From positions 22,038 to 86,037 of the forward strand of contig CAKZRW010000031.1 in assembly GCA_937148845.1 (NCBI GenBank): a stretch of 64,000 bases of DNA, in the 5' to 3' direction. This DNA comes from an uncultured Actinomycetes bacterium. GTDB lineage: Bacteria; Actinomycetota; Thermoleophilia; RBG-16-64-13. The translations under genes were made by a program, and so were the position numbers. The notes under the pieces were generated by a model. The model searched no databases. It had not been told where the DNA came from and saw only the letters and a program-made list of their open reading frames with translations. Below are positions 54,690 through 64,000 of this stretch, piece after piece. The stretch's first letter is position 1; every line of letters starts with the position of its first letter.

Positions 54690-57200
54690 TCACTCGCCTT
54701 TAGCCTCAGCGATCACTGCTTCCAGGGTGGCCCGGTAACGTCCGGCAAGATCGGCAGCCTTGGGGTCATCTGAGGCTTCAGCGTAGACATGGAAGTATGG
54801 CTCTTCGGCATCCGGTAGGACCAGGACCCACTCATTATGATCAAGGAAGACCTTGATGCCGTCTATCAGAGATACCCTTCCCTCCCGCAGGGTCTCAGTC
54901 ATCCTGCGCATGACCGTCCCCTTCAAGTCCCAGGAGCACTCGACCCGCAGGTGAGCAATATGAGCCCGCGGCAGCCGACCAGCAAGCTGCGAGAGGGGGG
55001 CATCGGAGGCAGATACCAGTTCCAGCACCTTCCCCAGAGCGTAAAGAGCGTCGAGTGACGGTAGCACCTGGGGATAGATATAACCCCCATCGGCAGTGGC
55101 GGCAAAGATCGTATTAGGCCGGCCGGCTTCGGCCATCAGTGCCGCTTTCGAGGCTCGAGTGCGGCGGACGGTCACGCCGCTAGAGCCCACTACATGCTCG
55201 GCAAGGCGCGTCGCCTGCAGGGGCAAGGCTACCACCCCGGACCCGGCTTCTTTCACGGCCCGTTCCAATAGCAGCAACAACAACGCGGAATCGGGAATAA
55301 GGCTGCCGGTCTCGTCGACCAGAAAGAGATATTCCGCTCCCGGGTCCAGTATGGCCCCGAGTTGGGCCTCGGTGCTGCGGACCAGCTCCCCCACGCGGGC
55401 AGCAGCGGTCGGTAGCTGCTCCTCGAGGGTGAAACGCCCACGGGCCCGCGAGAAAGTGTTGAGAGCGATGGACTCGACACCCAGCTTGTCGAGAGTGGCC
55501 GGGAAGAAAAAGGCCGGAGGCGATAGCGAATAATCTATTACGAGGCGTGGCTGCCGACTGCGGATCGCCACTATATTCCAGTTCTCAAGCAGGGAGTTGA
55601 TGTATGTCTCTATGACCCGAGGCGGATAGATCACCGCGCCCATCTCTTCAAATGCTGCCCTGCGGAAATCCTCCCGGAAATAATAATTCTCTATCGCTCG
55701 CTCCCGCTTGTTTTCGATAGCCACTCCCGGGGGCTCGGAGAAGACTATCTCGATCATTTCGGGATTTTCCAGGCTGATCTGGACATGCACCCCGCCCACG
55801 GCGTTGCCACTCTTGATGTCGAACCGGTTGACGGCGAGAGGAGCGATGGTCAGGTCTCTTACATTGACACCGGTGGCATTGAAGCCGCTTATTATGGCCC
55901 GTTTGAAGACCCGACTGGCGTGGTGAGTATCTCGACTGGTGGTGACATAAGCGCCTGGCGGGATCAGGGAGCCATAGGACATGGCAAGCCTCATGGCCAT
56001 CTCCGGAGTGAGGTCTATGTTGGCGAGGCCTCGCACCCCGTTACGGCCGAAAAGAGTGCTCGGGCCTCGTGTCTCCCAGACTAGCGAGGTACGCACGGTG
56101 GACCCAGGTTCGACATTCTTAAGGGGGTAAACCTTGACATTGTTGGCCACGAGGGCGTTGCGACCGATGACCGACCTATCCCCTATGACCGCCCCGTCGG
56201 CCACGTGAGCGTTCTCGTGCACCTCTACGGCCGTTCCCAGTATGGCCCCGCTGACGACCGCGCCTGAAGCCACGTAAGTGTTCTCGGCCAGCACCGAGTC
56301 ACCGATCTGCGCTCCCCTCCGGATGACGCTGTTGTTGCCTATGACGGTGTGGGAAAGGATCTTGGCGCCGGGTTCGAGACGCACGTTGTCACCGATAACA
56401 GCCGGGCCCTCCACGTCGTCCAGACTGTCCACGGTCACGTCTTTCCCCACCCAGATGTTTCCCCTCAGCCTCACTCCCGGCGGGTTGATCCGTACTTTGC
56501 CGTCCAAAGCGTCACGGTTCGCCTGCAAGTACTGTTCCAGGCTGCCGATGTCTTGCCAATAGCCTTCGCACACCACTCCGTACAGGGGCTTCTTCATCTC
56601 GAACAGCTTGGGAAAGAGCTCATGACTGAAATCGTAGGGCTGACCTTCAGGGATATGATCGAAGATCTCCGGCTCGAGCACATATATGCCAGTGTTGACC
56701 GTGTCTGAGAAGACTTGGCCCCACCCAGGTTTCTCCAAGAAACGTTGTACACGACCCTCATCGTCCACAATGACGACCCCGAACTCCAGGGGATTCTCCA
56801 CACACGTGAGCGCGATGGTTACCAGAGCTTCGCGCTCCTTGTGGAAGGCGATGATGCGGCTGAGATCGAAGTCTGTGAGAGCGTCTCCACTGATGACCAG
56901 GAAAGTGTCGGTCAAGAGGTCCTTGGCCAGCCGGATGGATCCCGCTGTTCCTGCCGGAGTCTCTTCCGTAGTGTAGTCGATGTGCATGCCGAACGTGCTG
57001 CCATCACCGAAGTAGTTGCGGATGAGCCGCGGTAAGAACGCAAGCGTGACCACCACTTCGTTTATGCCATGGCGCTGTAGGAGCTCAAGGATGTGCTGCA
57101 TGGTCGGTTTGTTCACCACGGGAACCATGGGCTTCGGTTGATTGGACGTCAGCGGGCGCAGGCGCGTACCCTGGCCCCCTGCCATGACGACTGCCTTCAT
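54690..57200 (-). CDS. Bifunctional sugar-1-phosphate nucleotidyltransferase (GMPP/ManC-like, with left-handed beta-helix) fused to a phosphomannomutase/phosphoglucomutase domain
   Basis: N-terminal [18 protein letters not shown] nucleotidyltransferase, hexapeptide repeats, then the PGM/PMM alpha-beta-alpha domains (LFGRNGVRG...). ATG 57200 with a GGGAGG RBS. ORF-track start 57224 lacks an RBS. Confidence 0.8.
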   Translation of the reverse strand: MKAVVMAGGQGTRLRPLTSNQPKPMVPVVNKPTMQHILELLQRHGINEVVVTLAFLPRLIRNYFGDGSTFGMHIDYTTEETPAGTAGSIRLAKDLLTDTFLVISGDALTDFDLSRIIAFHKEREALVTIALTCVENPLEFGVVIVDDEGRVQRFLEKPGWGQVFSDTVNTGIYVLEPEIFDHIPEGQPYDFSHELFPKLFEMKKPLYGVVCEGYWQDIGSLEQYLQANRDALDGKVRINPPGVRLRGNIWVGKDVTVDSLDDVEGPAVIGDNVRLEPGAKILSHTVIGNNSVIRRGAQIGDSVLAENTYVASGAVVSGAILGTAVEVHENAHVADGAVIGDRSVIGRNALVANNVKVYPLKNVEPGSTVRTSLVWETRGPSTLFGRNGVRGLANIDLTPEMAMRLAMSYGSLIPPGAYVTTSRDTHHASRVFKRAIISGFNATGVNVRDLTIAPLAVNRFDIKSGNAVGGVHVQISLENPEMIEIVFSEPPGVAIENKRERAIENYYFREDFRRAAFEEMGAVIYPPRVIETYINSLLENWNIVAIRSRQPRLVIDYSLSPPAFFFPATLDKLGVESIALNTFSRARGRFTLEEQLPTAAARVGELVRSTEAQLGAILDPGAEYLFLVDETGSLIPDSALLLLLLERAVKEAGSGVVALPLQATRLAEHVVGSSGVTVRRTRASKAALMAEAGRPNTIFAATADGGYIYPQVLPSLDALYALGKVLELVSASDAPLSQLAGRLPRAHIAHLRVECSWDLKGTVMRRMTETLREGRVSLIDGIKVFLDHNEWVLVLPDAEEPYFHVYAEASDDPKAADLAGRYRATLEAVIAEAKGE

Positions 57201-57327
57201 GCGGGCCTCCCGGTCAGGGTGCACTACTTCAACAGAGTACTACCCAGAAACCAGGAGCGTGTAAGTCCAGCGCCAAGGATTCCACATTACAAAGCGGCAT
57301 AACCAAGAGAATCCGGATGAGAAGAAG

Positions 57328-57401
57328 TCGGGACGGGCGGATTTGAACCGCCGACCTTCCGGCCCCCAGCCGGATGCGCTACCAAGCTACGCCACGTCCC
57401 G
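57328..57401 (-). tRNA. tRNA-Pro (anticodon GGG)
   Basis: Minus-strand sequence CGGGACGTGGCGTAGCTTGGTAGCGCATCCGGCTGGGGGCCGGAAGGTCGGCGGTTCAAATCCGCCCGTCCCGA folds as a cloverleaf. C1-G72 is the bacterial tRNA-Pro identity pair and A73 the discriminator. Anticodon loop CTGGGGG with G37. T-loop GGTTCAAATCC. CCA is not encoded. Confidence 0.85.
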
Positions 57402-57522
57402 ACGCGCACCCAGTATAGCGCGCCCTGCGCCCCGGGACTAGGGTCGATCACGGGCTTCCCTTGCCGGCGTGGCGACCAGACACGGCCTCCCCGGCCTTAG
57501 GGGGCCGACCGTCAGCCCCACC

Positions 57523-58140
57523 TCACTTGTGCTTACGCCAGGGAAAATCAAAACGGGCTTCTTGCCCCCTAACCAGCCTTATCAGGTTCTTGCGGTGAGC
57601 CCAGAGCACTACGCCCGACATGACACAAGAGGCCACTAGGTAAGGAAGGGGTTCGTGGAAAACATAGGCCAAGATCGGGAACAACACGGTGCAGGTCACG
57701 GAGGCTACAGAGACTATGCGCACAGAAAGCACCAGAACCGCAAAGACCGCGAACAGATAACCGCCGATCACGGGCATCATAGCCAGCACCGCCCCGGCTC
57801 CCGTGGCCACACCCTTCCCCCCCCGTCCCCCCAGGAAAAACGAGTAGTTGTGACCCAAGACGGTCGCGAACGCTACGATGACGACCACGACCGGGCCAGC
57901 CAGGAAGCGGGCGGCCAGCACAGGCACTACCCCCTTGAGGATGTCGGCGAATAGCACCGCTACCCCGATCCGTACCCCCAGTACGCGGAAGGCATTGGTA
58001 GTGCCGGCATTGCCACTGCCATGCTTACGCAGGTCGATCCCTTTGAGAGCCTTCCCCAGAAACACACTGGGCGAAAGAGAGCCCACCAAATAGCCCAGAA
58101 CGACCAGCAGCACTGCAGTCGCCCACTCGGTCCCGGTCAC
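57523..58140 (-). CDS. plsY: Glycerol-3-phosphate acyltransferase PlsY
   Basis: GSGNAGTTNAFR motif and a multi-pass membrane protein. 205 aa. Confidence 0.88.
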   Translation of the reverse strand: MTGTEWATAVLLVVLGYLVGSLSPSVFLGKALKGIDLRKHGSGNAGTTNAFRVLGVRIGVAVLFADILKGVVPVLAARFLAGPVVVVIVAFATVLGHNYSFFLGGRGGKGVATGAGAVLAMMPVIGGYLFAVFAVLVLSVRIVSVASVTCTVLFPILAYVFHEPLPYLVASCVMSGVVLWAHRKNLIRLVRGQEARFDFPWRKHK

Positions 58141-59456
58141 GAGTAACGCTCCTCCTTACCCTCGAAATCGATCACCAGAGGTATGCCCCAGAACTCGTAA
58201 TCCTCGCGAAGCCTGTTCTCCAGGAAATACGCGAACGGCTTGCTCACCAGGGCGCGCGAGTTCACCATCACTTTGAAGCGAGGTGGCGCCGTGGCGTACT
58301 GCACCATGTAGTAGGTCTTTATCACCTTCCCCCCTTTGCCCGGAGGTTGGTGACCCACCTTCACTGCCCCCAGCCAACGGTTGAGCTCCGCCGTGGGGAT
58401 GCGACTCGTATACTTCTCGTAAAGCTGGACGGCCAGGGGCAAGATCTTGTCCACGCCGCGGCCGGTGAGTGCCGATACAGCCAGCCACGGTGGCTTGAGT
58501 TGCACCTTAGCCCGCAGTCTTTCCACCGCCCGTTCAAGGTCCAAGGCCTGGATGTCCCACTTGTTGAACAAAACCACGGTGGCACACTTCGCACGCTGGG
58601 CCTCATAAGCCACCTGGAGGTCAAGATCGACAAGCCCCTCTGCTGCATCCACCACGACCAAGGCGACATCACTTCGCTCTAGCGCCCGCAGAGAGCGCAG
58701 GGCGCTGTAGTACTCCACGTCCGTGGTGGTGCGTTTTCCGGGTCGGCGCAAGCCGGCAGTGTCGATAAGCGTAATGGCCGTTCCAGCGAACTCCAGGTCT
58801 GTGTCGATGGCGTCGCGCGTGGTCCCCGGCCGGGGGCTTACAATGGTGCGCTCGTCACCCAGGAGACAGTTGAGCAGCGAGCTTTTTCCCACGTTGGGAC
58901 GGCCCACGATGGCGATCCGGATGGAGTGCGTCTCTTCGACTTCCTCACGAGCATCGGGCAGGCGAGAGACGACAGCGTCGAGCAAGTCTCCGACACCCAG
59001 ACCATGCTCCGCAGATATGGCCATCGGCTCTCCCAGGCCGAGGGCCCAGTAGTCGGGAAGGCTGTCCTGAGCGAGTCGGGTATCGCACTTGTTGACTGCC
59101 AGCACCACTGGTACTCCGCTGCGGCGCAAGAGATCGGCTATCTCTGCGTCCTGAGGGGCCAACCCTGTTTTCCCGTCGACCAGAAATATCGCTACCACAG
59201 CCTCCTGGAGAGCCAGCTCGGCCTGGCGTCTGACCTCCTGATGCAGAGGCTCCTCGGCGGCCATATCTATCCCCCCGGTATCGATGAGGATGAACGGGCG
59301 GCCGGCCCATTCTGCCAGCCCCTCCTTGCGATCCCGGGTCACCCCGGACTCGGGCGCCACTACGGCTTCCCGCGTACCGGTTATCCGGTTGAAGAGAGTG
59401 GATTTGCCCACGTTCGGGTAGCCGATGATGGCTACTCGGGGCAGAGAGGCGTTCAT
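58137..59456 (-). CDS. der: Ribosome-biogenesis GTPase Der (EngA), tandem G domains + KH
   Basis: Two G domains (GYPNVGKSTL; GRPNVGKSSL). ATG at 59456 gives ~440 aa and an ATGA overlap with ispH. ORF-track start 59615 is too early. Confidence 0.88.
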   Translation of the reverse strand: MNASLPRVAIIGYPNVGKSTLFNRITGTREAVVAPESGVTRDRKEGLAEWAGRPFILIDTGGIDMAAEEPLHQEVRRQAELALQEAVVAIFLVDGKTGLAPQDAEIADLLRRSGVPVVLAVNKCDTRLAQDSLPDYWALGLGEPMAISAEHGLGVGDLLDAVVSRLPDAREEVEETHSIRIAIVGRPNVGKSSLLNCLLGDERTIVSPRPGTTRDAIDTDLEFAGTAITLIDTAGLRRPGKRTTTDVEYYSALRSLRALERSDVALVVVDAAEGLVDLDLQVAYEAQRAKCATVVLFNKWDIQALDLERAVERLRAKVQLKPPWLAVSALTGRGVDKILPLAVQLYEKYTSRIPTAELNRWLGAVKVGHQPPGKGGKVIKTYYMVQYATAPPRFKVMVNSRALVSKPFAYFLENRLREDYEFWGIPLVIDFEGKEERYS

Positions 59457-60301
59457 GGGTCGAACCCCCTCAGCCGCTCGGCGACCGCCTCTATCTGCTC
59501 CGGGGGAGTGGAGGCGCCCGCGGTGACACCCACCACTCTCAGACCGCGAAACCAGGCAGGGTCCAACTCCGCCGCCGTCTCCACATGGAAGGTGCGGGGC
59601 TGCCGGGTTGCGCACAGCTCGGCCAGACGCCTGGTGTTGGCAGAGTTTCTTCCCCCTACCACCACTACTGCTTCGACTTCACCAGCCATGGCCACCGCGG
59701 CCGACTGGCGCTGCTCAGTGGCGCTGCAGATGGTGTTGTGGACCAAGAGTTCTCGGCAACGGGGGGCGAGCTGCGCGGCCAAGGCAGCCAGTTGCTCCCG
59801 ACTTTGCGTGGTCTGGACCACCAGTCCGACCCGGGCGGCCGGAAGAGATTCGGGTAGGTCCGCGGGAGTCTCGACCACGAGCGAGTCATCTCCCGCATAG
59901 GAACGGAGAGCGAGCACCTCGGGATGGTCCTTCTCACCCAGAATGACGACAAAGTAACCAGCTTCACGGAGATTGTGGGCTTTGACCTGAGCCGAGGTGA
60001 CAAAGCGACAAGTGGCATCGACTACCTTCACATCCGAGGCAAACAGCCGCTCTCTCGTCTCGCGCGGCACGCCGTGAGACCTTATGATCACCGTGCCCCG
60101 TTCCGCTTCCTCCGGTGCATGTATCACTCTGACTCCGCGCTTCTCGAGCTCCGTGATCACGGAGGGGTTGTGGATCAAGGGACCAAGCGTGGCGACGGGG
60201 GCGGGAGCCTTCTCTGCAGCCTCTTCTGCTAATTCTAGCGCCCGTTCGACGCCCCAACAGAAGCCTGCACAAGCGGAGATGCGCACCTCTAGTGGGCTCA
60301 T
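59453..60301 (-). CDS. ispH: 4-hydroxy-3-methylbut-2-enyl diphosphate reductase
   Basis: Conserved Cys in ACAGFCWGVERA, plus HNP and TICSATE motifs. Confidence 0.88.
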   Translation of the reverse strand: MSPLEVRISACAGFCWGVERALELAEEAAEKAPAPVATLGPLIHNPSVITELEKRGVRVIHAPEEAERGTVIIRSHGVPRETRERLFASDVKVVDATCRFVTSAQVKAHNLREAGYFVVILGEKDHPEVLALRSYAGDDSLVVETPADLPESLPAARVGLVVQTTQSREQLAALAAQLAPRCRELLVHNTICSATEQRQSAAVAMAGEVEAVVVVGGRNSANTRRLAELCATRQPRTFHVETAAELDPAWFRGLRVVGVTAGASTPPEQIEAVAERLRGFDP

Positions 60302-61749
60302 GGAGCCTCCCCCAATCCGTGGGAGGTCCCTCGTCCCCGAGGGGTCTCGGCACCGTGCCCAGTGGCAGCCTCGCTTGAGCTTTCTGCTCCGCTGCCAGCG
60401 TCGGCCCCTCTCAGAAGCGACAAGAACGCCGCTCTCAGTTCCTCAGCAATGGCTCGGGCCCGTTCTGCCTTCGGCAGGTCGGTCGGGGGAAGGGCAAGCG
60501 GCGGACCGAAGGTCACCCATACCCGCGGAAATCGCAGACGTTTTCCTTGTATGACCTTCTCGCTGCCCTCAATGACCACCGGAAGCGTGGTCACCCCTTC
60601 TCGTAGTGCGAAGAGGGAGACACCCGGGTTGATGGGGCCCAGAGTGCCGTCACGATGGCGGTGCCCCTCAGGGAAAAGACCGACTACTGCGCCGCCGTCA
60701 AGTAGTTCCAAAGCCCTGCGCACCGCTGTCCGGTCCGCCTCTCCGCGATTGACAGGGAAAGCACCGAAAGCCTCGATGACGCGCCCCAAGAGCCGCACCC
60801 GCCACAGCTCAGCTTTAGCCATGAAATGTATTTGGCGCGGAGACGCCACCCCCAGAAAGAACGGGTCCAGGTTGGAACGATGATTGGAAGCAAGGAGTAC
60901 CGCCCCTTGCAGAGGAAAATAATGGCGACCTTCGATCCGCATGCGGAACGCGGCCCGCCACAGAGGCGGAAGAAACCCGTAGGCGAACCGCCACAGGAAG
61001 GTGTCCTGGGGGCTGCGGACCAGCCGGGAAAGGCGCCACCGGCTCAGCTTGCCCACCTCGGGCACGCGCGCCTGTGGCACTCGAGTGCCCTTGCGCTGCT
61101 CGGCGAGCCGGGCTATGGTCTCCACCACTTCTGAGATGCTCAGGCCCGTGGTATCGATCTCCACCGCATCGTCGGCCTTCCGCAGGGGGGCGACCGCCCG
61201 CTCCGAGTCATAGGTGTCGCGGCGCTCAATGCCAGCGACCAGCTCCTCCAGAGCCTGCTCCACCCCTTGCGCGCGAAGCTGCAACTGCCTACGGCGGGCC
61301 CGTTCCTGGATCGAGGCGTTCAGAAACACCTTGAGGTCCGCGTTAGGAATCACCACCGTGCCCGCGTCCCGACCTTCCAGCACCAAATCGCCCTCAGCCG
61401 CCTCCTTCCGCTGCCAACCAGTGAGGACCTCTCTTACCCCGGGCACAGCCGAAACAGCCGATACGTGCTGTGACACCAAGGGACCGCGGATCTCGTTGGT
61501 CACCTCCCGCTGGCCTACGAAGACCCGACAGAGGTCGTCGTCTCTGGCTTCAAGGCGGATATGCGCAGTGCGGGCCAATTCTGCTGCTTCCGCTATCCGT
61601 TCGGGAACCAGACCCGCCTCCAGGGCAAGCAACGTGACAGTGCGGTAGAGCGCCCCGGTATCCAGATACCGCATACCCAGCCGCTTGGCCACTTCACGAG
61701 CCACCGTACTCTTGCCGGAGCCGGCCGGACCGTCGATGGTGATGATCAC
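60298..61749 (-). CDS. cmk: Fusion ORF: cytidylate kinase (N-terminal) + 1-acyl-sn-glycerol-3-phosphate acyltransferase PlsC (C-terminal)
   Basis: N-terminal ITIDGPAGSGKST (Cmk P-loop). C-terminal LASNHRSNLD (the HX4D acyltransferase motif) and FPEGHRHRDG. Single uninterrupted 483-aa frame. Confidence 0.75.
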   Translation of the reverse strand: MIITIDGPAGSGKSTVAREVAKRLGMRYLDTGALYRTVTLLALEAGLVPERIAEAAELARTAHIRLEARDDDLCRVFVGQREVTNEIRGPLVSQHVSAVSAVPGVREVLTGWQRKEAAEGDLVLEGRDAGTVVIPNADLKVFLNASIQERARRRQLQLRAQGVEQALEELVAGIERRDTYDSERAVAPLRKADDAVEIDTTGLSISEVVETIARLAEQRKGTRVPQARVPEVGKLSRWRLSRLVRSPQDTFLWRFAYGFLPPLWRAAFRMRIEGRHYFPLQGAVLLASNHRSNLDPFFLGVASPRQIHFMAKAELWRVRLLGRVIEAFGAFPVNRGEADRTAVRRALELLDGGAVVGLFPEGHRHRDGTLGPINPGVSLFALREGVTTLPVVIEGSEKVIQGKRLRFPRVWVTFGPPLALPPTDLPKAERARAIAEELRAAFLSLLRGADAGSGAESSSEAATGHGAETPRGRGTSHGLGEAP

Positions 61750-63077
61750 GCCGTCTCACCCCCTAGCTGCTCAAGCACCGCGTTGAAGGTGGGGAAAGAC
61801 ACAGCCACGCAGTCGGCATCCTCCACCCACACGCCTTCACTTGAGGCCACTCCCGCCACTGCGCCCACCATGGCGATGCGATGGTCCCCCAGACTTTCTA
61901 ATCTGCCACCCGACCACCCCCCCGGATTTCCGACGACCTCCATGCCATCGTCCGTCTCCTTGACGGCGATGCCAAGCCCCCCTAACAGCGCCGCCATGCT
62001 GGCCAGACGGTCGCTCTCCTTGGCTCTCAGCTCCCTCGCTCCCCACAAGCGCGATACCCCCTCTGCCCGGGCCGCCGCCAGTAGAAAGAGAGGGAGCTCG
62101 TCGATCACGTTGGGGACCTCGTCCGGTGCCACCTCCGTCGCCCGAAGGAGCGAAGAGCGAGCCGTCACCCGGCCTATGGGCTCCGGCCCGGACTGGTCGG
62201 TCATCTCCACCTCCAAGTCCGCCCCCATGCGGACCAGCACGTCGAGAAGACCCGTGCGGGTCGGGTTAAGACCCACGTCCTCCACCACCACTTCGGAGCT
62301 GGGAACCAGCAGGGCCGCTACGATGAAGAAGGCGGCCGAGCTGAAGTCACCAGGTACCCTGATGTCACGGAGTCGCAGCCGCTCCACCGGTCGCAGACTG
62401 ACGCTCCACGCCCCGCCTGCTGCCGGTTCTCGGCGGACCTGCCCGCCCGCGAAAGCGATCATGCGCTCTGTGTGGTCTCGCGTGGCGGCCGGCTCCACGA
62501 CCGTGGTCTCACCCTCGGCGCGCAGCCCTGCCAGGAGCAAGCAAGACTTCACCTGGGCAGAAGCAACGCCAAGCTCGTGGTGTAGACCCACAAGTTTCCC
62601 ACCCCGGATGGCAAAGGGCGGCAGCGAGTCTCCCCCGCGCCCGGCTACGTCCGCGCCCATGCGGGCCAGCGGCTCCAGTATCCGGCGCATGGGGCGACGT
62701 CTGATGCTGGCGTCACCGGTGAAGACGCACAGAAAGGGGCAGGAGGCCACAAGGCCAGGTGCTAGGCGGATGAGAGTGCCCGCATTGCCCACGTTGATGA
62801 CGTCTTCCGGCTCTCTCAGCCCCTCCCAGCCCTCACCATACACCCGCAGGTCACTGCCATTTTCTACGTCGACCCGCACACCCAGCGCGCGTACTGCAGC
62901 CACGGTGGCCTCGGTGTCAGCGCTGGCGAGGAAGTTGTGCACAGTGAGGGGGCCGTCGTTCACTGCCCCGAGCAAGACAGCGCGATGGGACACCGACTTG
63001 TCGCCCGGGATCGTCACTCTGCCGCGCAGACCACGCCGGGCCGGCAAGAATAAGACTACTCGCTTGAGTTCATTCAT
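61746..63077 (-). CDS. aroA: 3-phosphoshikimate 1-carboxyvinyltransferase (EPSP synthase)
   Basis: LPGDKSVSHRAVLL, the two-domain EPSPS fold, and a C-terminal RESDRL motif. 443 aa. Confidence 0.9.
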   Translation of the reverse strand: MNELKRVVLFLPARRGLRGRVTIPGDKSVSHRAVLLGAVNDGPLTVHNFLASADTEATVAAVRALGVRVDVENGSDLRVYGEGWEGLREPEDVINVGNAGTLIRLAPGLVASCPFLCVFTGDASIRRRPMRRILEPLARMGADVAGRGGDSLPPFAIRGGKLVGLHHELGVASAQVKSCLLLAGLRAEGETTVVEPAATRDHTERMIAFAGGQVRREPAAGGAWSVSLRPVERLRLRDIRVPGDFSSAAFFIVAALLVPSSEVVVEDVGLNPTRTGLLDVLVRMGADLEVEMTDQSGPEPIGRVTARSSLLRATEVAPDEVPNVIDELPLFLLAAARAEGVSRLWGARELRAKESDRLASMAALLGGLGIAVKETDDGMEVVGNPGGWSGGRLESLGDHRIAMVGAVAGVASSEGVWVEDADCVAVSFPTFNAVLEQLGGETA

Positions 63078-64000
63078 CGCTCTCCCCCGTGAAGGCCACC
63101 GCTACTGGGAAGCCTGCTTCCCGCAGCAGAGTCGCGGCCTTTTCAGCAACCTCGCGGCCCTGGATGTAAAGCACGAGGTCGCCACCAACGCTGCGGTTCA
63201 CATGATGGAGAGTCAGGTCTTCTACGTTGATCTCGGCCTGGCCTAGAGTGTTCATCACGCGGGAGACTGCTCCTGGCTGGTCGGGGATGCGGACAGTGAC
63301 CTTGAACAGAGTCTCCGGGGTGATGTCTTCGAACTCGAGCAACTCCTCCCTATACTCCGCGGCTGTCGCAATAGCCTCGGCCACTTTCTCTTCGTCTGCT
63401 CGCTCCAGCAGGCTGACGAAGCCCTCGAGGTCGGCGGTGACAGCGCGCAGAACCTCAGCCAACGCATTTCTGTTCTCCAAGAAGATGTCGCGCCACATCG
63501 GTGGATTAGCGCCCGCAACGCGGGTCAAGTCCTTGAAACTGGGACCGACGCAGTGCAGGGCACGCTTGCCCCCAATCACAGAGGCACCGGCCTGCGCCAT
63601 CAGCACATTCGCAAGCACGTGGGGCAGGTGGCTCACCAGTGCCATCAAACGGTCATGCGCCGCCGGATCGATCAGTACGGGCCTGGCGCCCAATTCCACG
63701 ATGAACTCCTGCAGCATCTCGTAGAGTCGTGGGAAGGCTGCCCCCGTGGTGCAAAGGAAGTAGGTGGCCCGATTGAACAGATCGGAGCGCGCATAGCGCA
63801 CGCCCGAATCGGCCGCACCACACATGGGGTGCCCGCCGATGAAGAGCGCGCGAGCCGCTGGCGACAGAGCGGCCATGACGGCCGATTTCGTACTGCCCAT
63901 GTCGGTCACCAAGCGCGGCGCGGGCTGGGCGGCTACACATTCTTCGACCAAGGCCGGGATGCTACGGACAGGAGTGCAGATGACCACCAGGTCGGCGTAC
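63070..64000 (-). CDS. tyrA: Prephenate dehydrogenase (TyrA) C-terminal portion including ACT domain; 5' end beyond the window
   Basis: Prephenate dehydrogenase dimerisation domain (AHDRLMALVSHLPHVLA) plus a C-terminal ACT domain. The ORF runs off the window end. Confidence 0.8.
   Translation of the reverse strand, partial: YADLVVICTPVRSIPALVEECVAAQPAPRLVTDMGSTKSAVMAALSPAARALFIGGHPMCGAADSGVRYARSDLFNRATYFLCTTGAAFPRLYEMLQEFIVELGARPVLIDPAAHDRLMALVSHLPHVLANVLMAQAGASVIGGKRALHCVGPSFKDLTRVAGANPPMWRDIFLENRNALAEVLRAVTADLEGFVSLLERADEEKVAEAIATAAEYREELLEFEDITPETLFKVTVRIPDQPGAVSRVMNTLGQAEINVEDLTLHHVNRSVGGDLVLYIQGREVAEKAATLLREAGFPVAVAFTGESDE

Noticed and set aside
58926-59900. 324-aa plus-strand ORF
   Set aside because: It is antisense to der and ispH, both of which are strongly supported. 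This is a GC-rich artefact.
61561-63246. 561-aa ORF on the plus strand
   Set aside because: It is entirely antisense to aroA and the tyrA 3' end. It has low-complexity P/S/R/A-rich composition, typical of spurious open frames in GC-rich DNA.
1-64000. Search for CRISPR arrays, tandem repeat arrays, transposases, integrases, or a compositionally foreign island
   Set aside because: I noticed no repeat-spacer periodicity, no IS/integrase-like ORFs and no extended AT-rich block. The window is uniformly GC-rich core genome. The only AT-rich spots are two short (~40-nt) intergenic motifs, reported separately.

Overview
This is a high-GC (by eye roughly 65-68% G+C), gene-dense bacterial chromosomal segment made up almost entirely of conserved housekeeping operons. 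Coding density is high and overlapping stop/start junctions (ATGA, GTGA) between adjacent genes are frequent.

Gene order along the window:
- Start of window: 3' end of rpe, then an FMN riboswitch and the riboflavin operon ribD-ribE-ribBA-ribH.
- rpmB (minus strand), a DUF1858 protein, then asp23-yloV(DAK2)-degV-recG-rsmD-coaD.
- A coiled-coil ORF, yceD(DUF177)-rpmF, a small unknown ORF, an EF-G paralog and an RpiR/MurR regulator.
- yebC-ruvC-ruvA-ruvB-queH-DUF2905-queA-tgt-yajC-secD-secF.
- A phasin-like protein, a UbiB/ABC1 kinase, recJ with a long C-terminal extension, relA/spoT, an MBL hydrolase, hisS-aspS and a lipoprotein.
- A NifU/IscU-like::MnmA fusion, then DUF948-YtxH-(RsbW-like pseudo-kinase)-sigB-type sigma-alaS-ruvX-mltG.
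- aroE, then the type IV pilus motor genes pilB-pilT-pilC.
- Minus strand: apt, a MerR/FtsR-like regulator, a zinc-ribbon-FHA protein, two small unknown ORFs and gcvH.
- Plus strand: mglB-mglA (roadblock plus Ras-like polarity GTPase).
- Minus strand to the window end: a fused sugar-nucleotidyltransferase/phosphomannomutase, tRNA-Pro(GGG), plsY-der-ispH, a cmk::plsC fusion ORF, aroA, and the 3' part of tyrA running off the end.

Synteny mixes Firmicutes-like blocks (rib operon, yebC-ruvCAB-queA-tgt-yajC-secDF, cmk-ispH-der-plsY) with an actinobacteria-like gcvH-FHA-MerR block.

No CRISPR array, transposase, integrase, prophage or compositionally foreign island is visible, and I see no evidence of an obviously novel multi-gene system. 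The large ORFs antisense to known genes are spurious, as expected in GC-rich DNA.

The main oddities are domain fusions and degenerations (NifU::MnmA, Cmk::PlsC, an RsbW-like anti-sigma lacking ATPase motifs, a mutase active-site loop change), unannotated small genes and RNAs (rpmF, tRNA-Pro, the FMN riboswitch), two uncharacterised small proteins inside the gcvH-FHA-MerR operon, and the MglAB polarity module next to the pilBTC motor genes.
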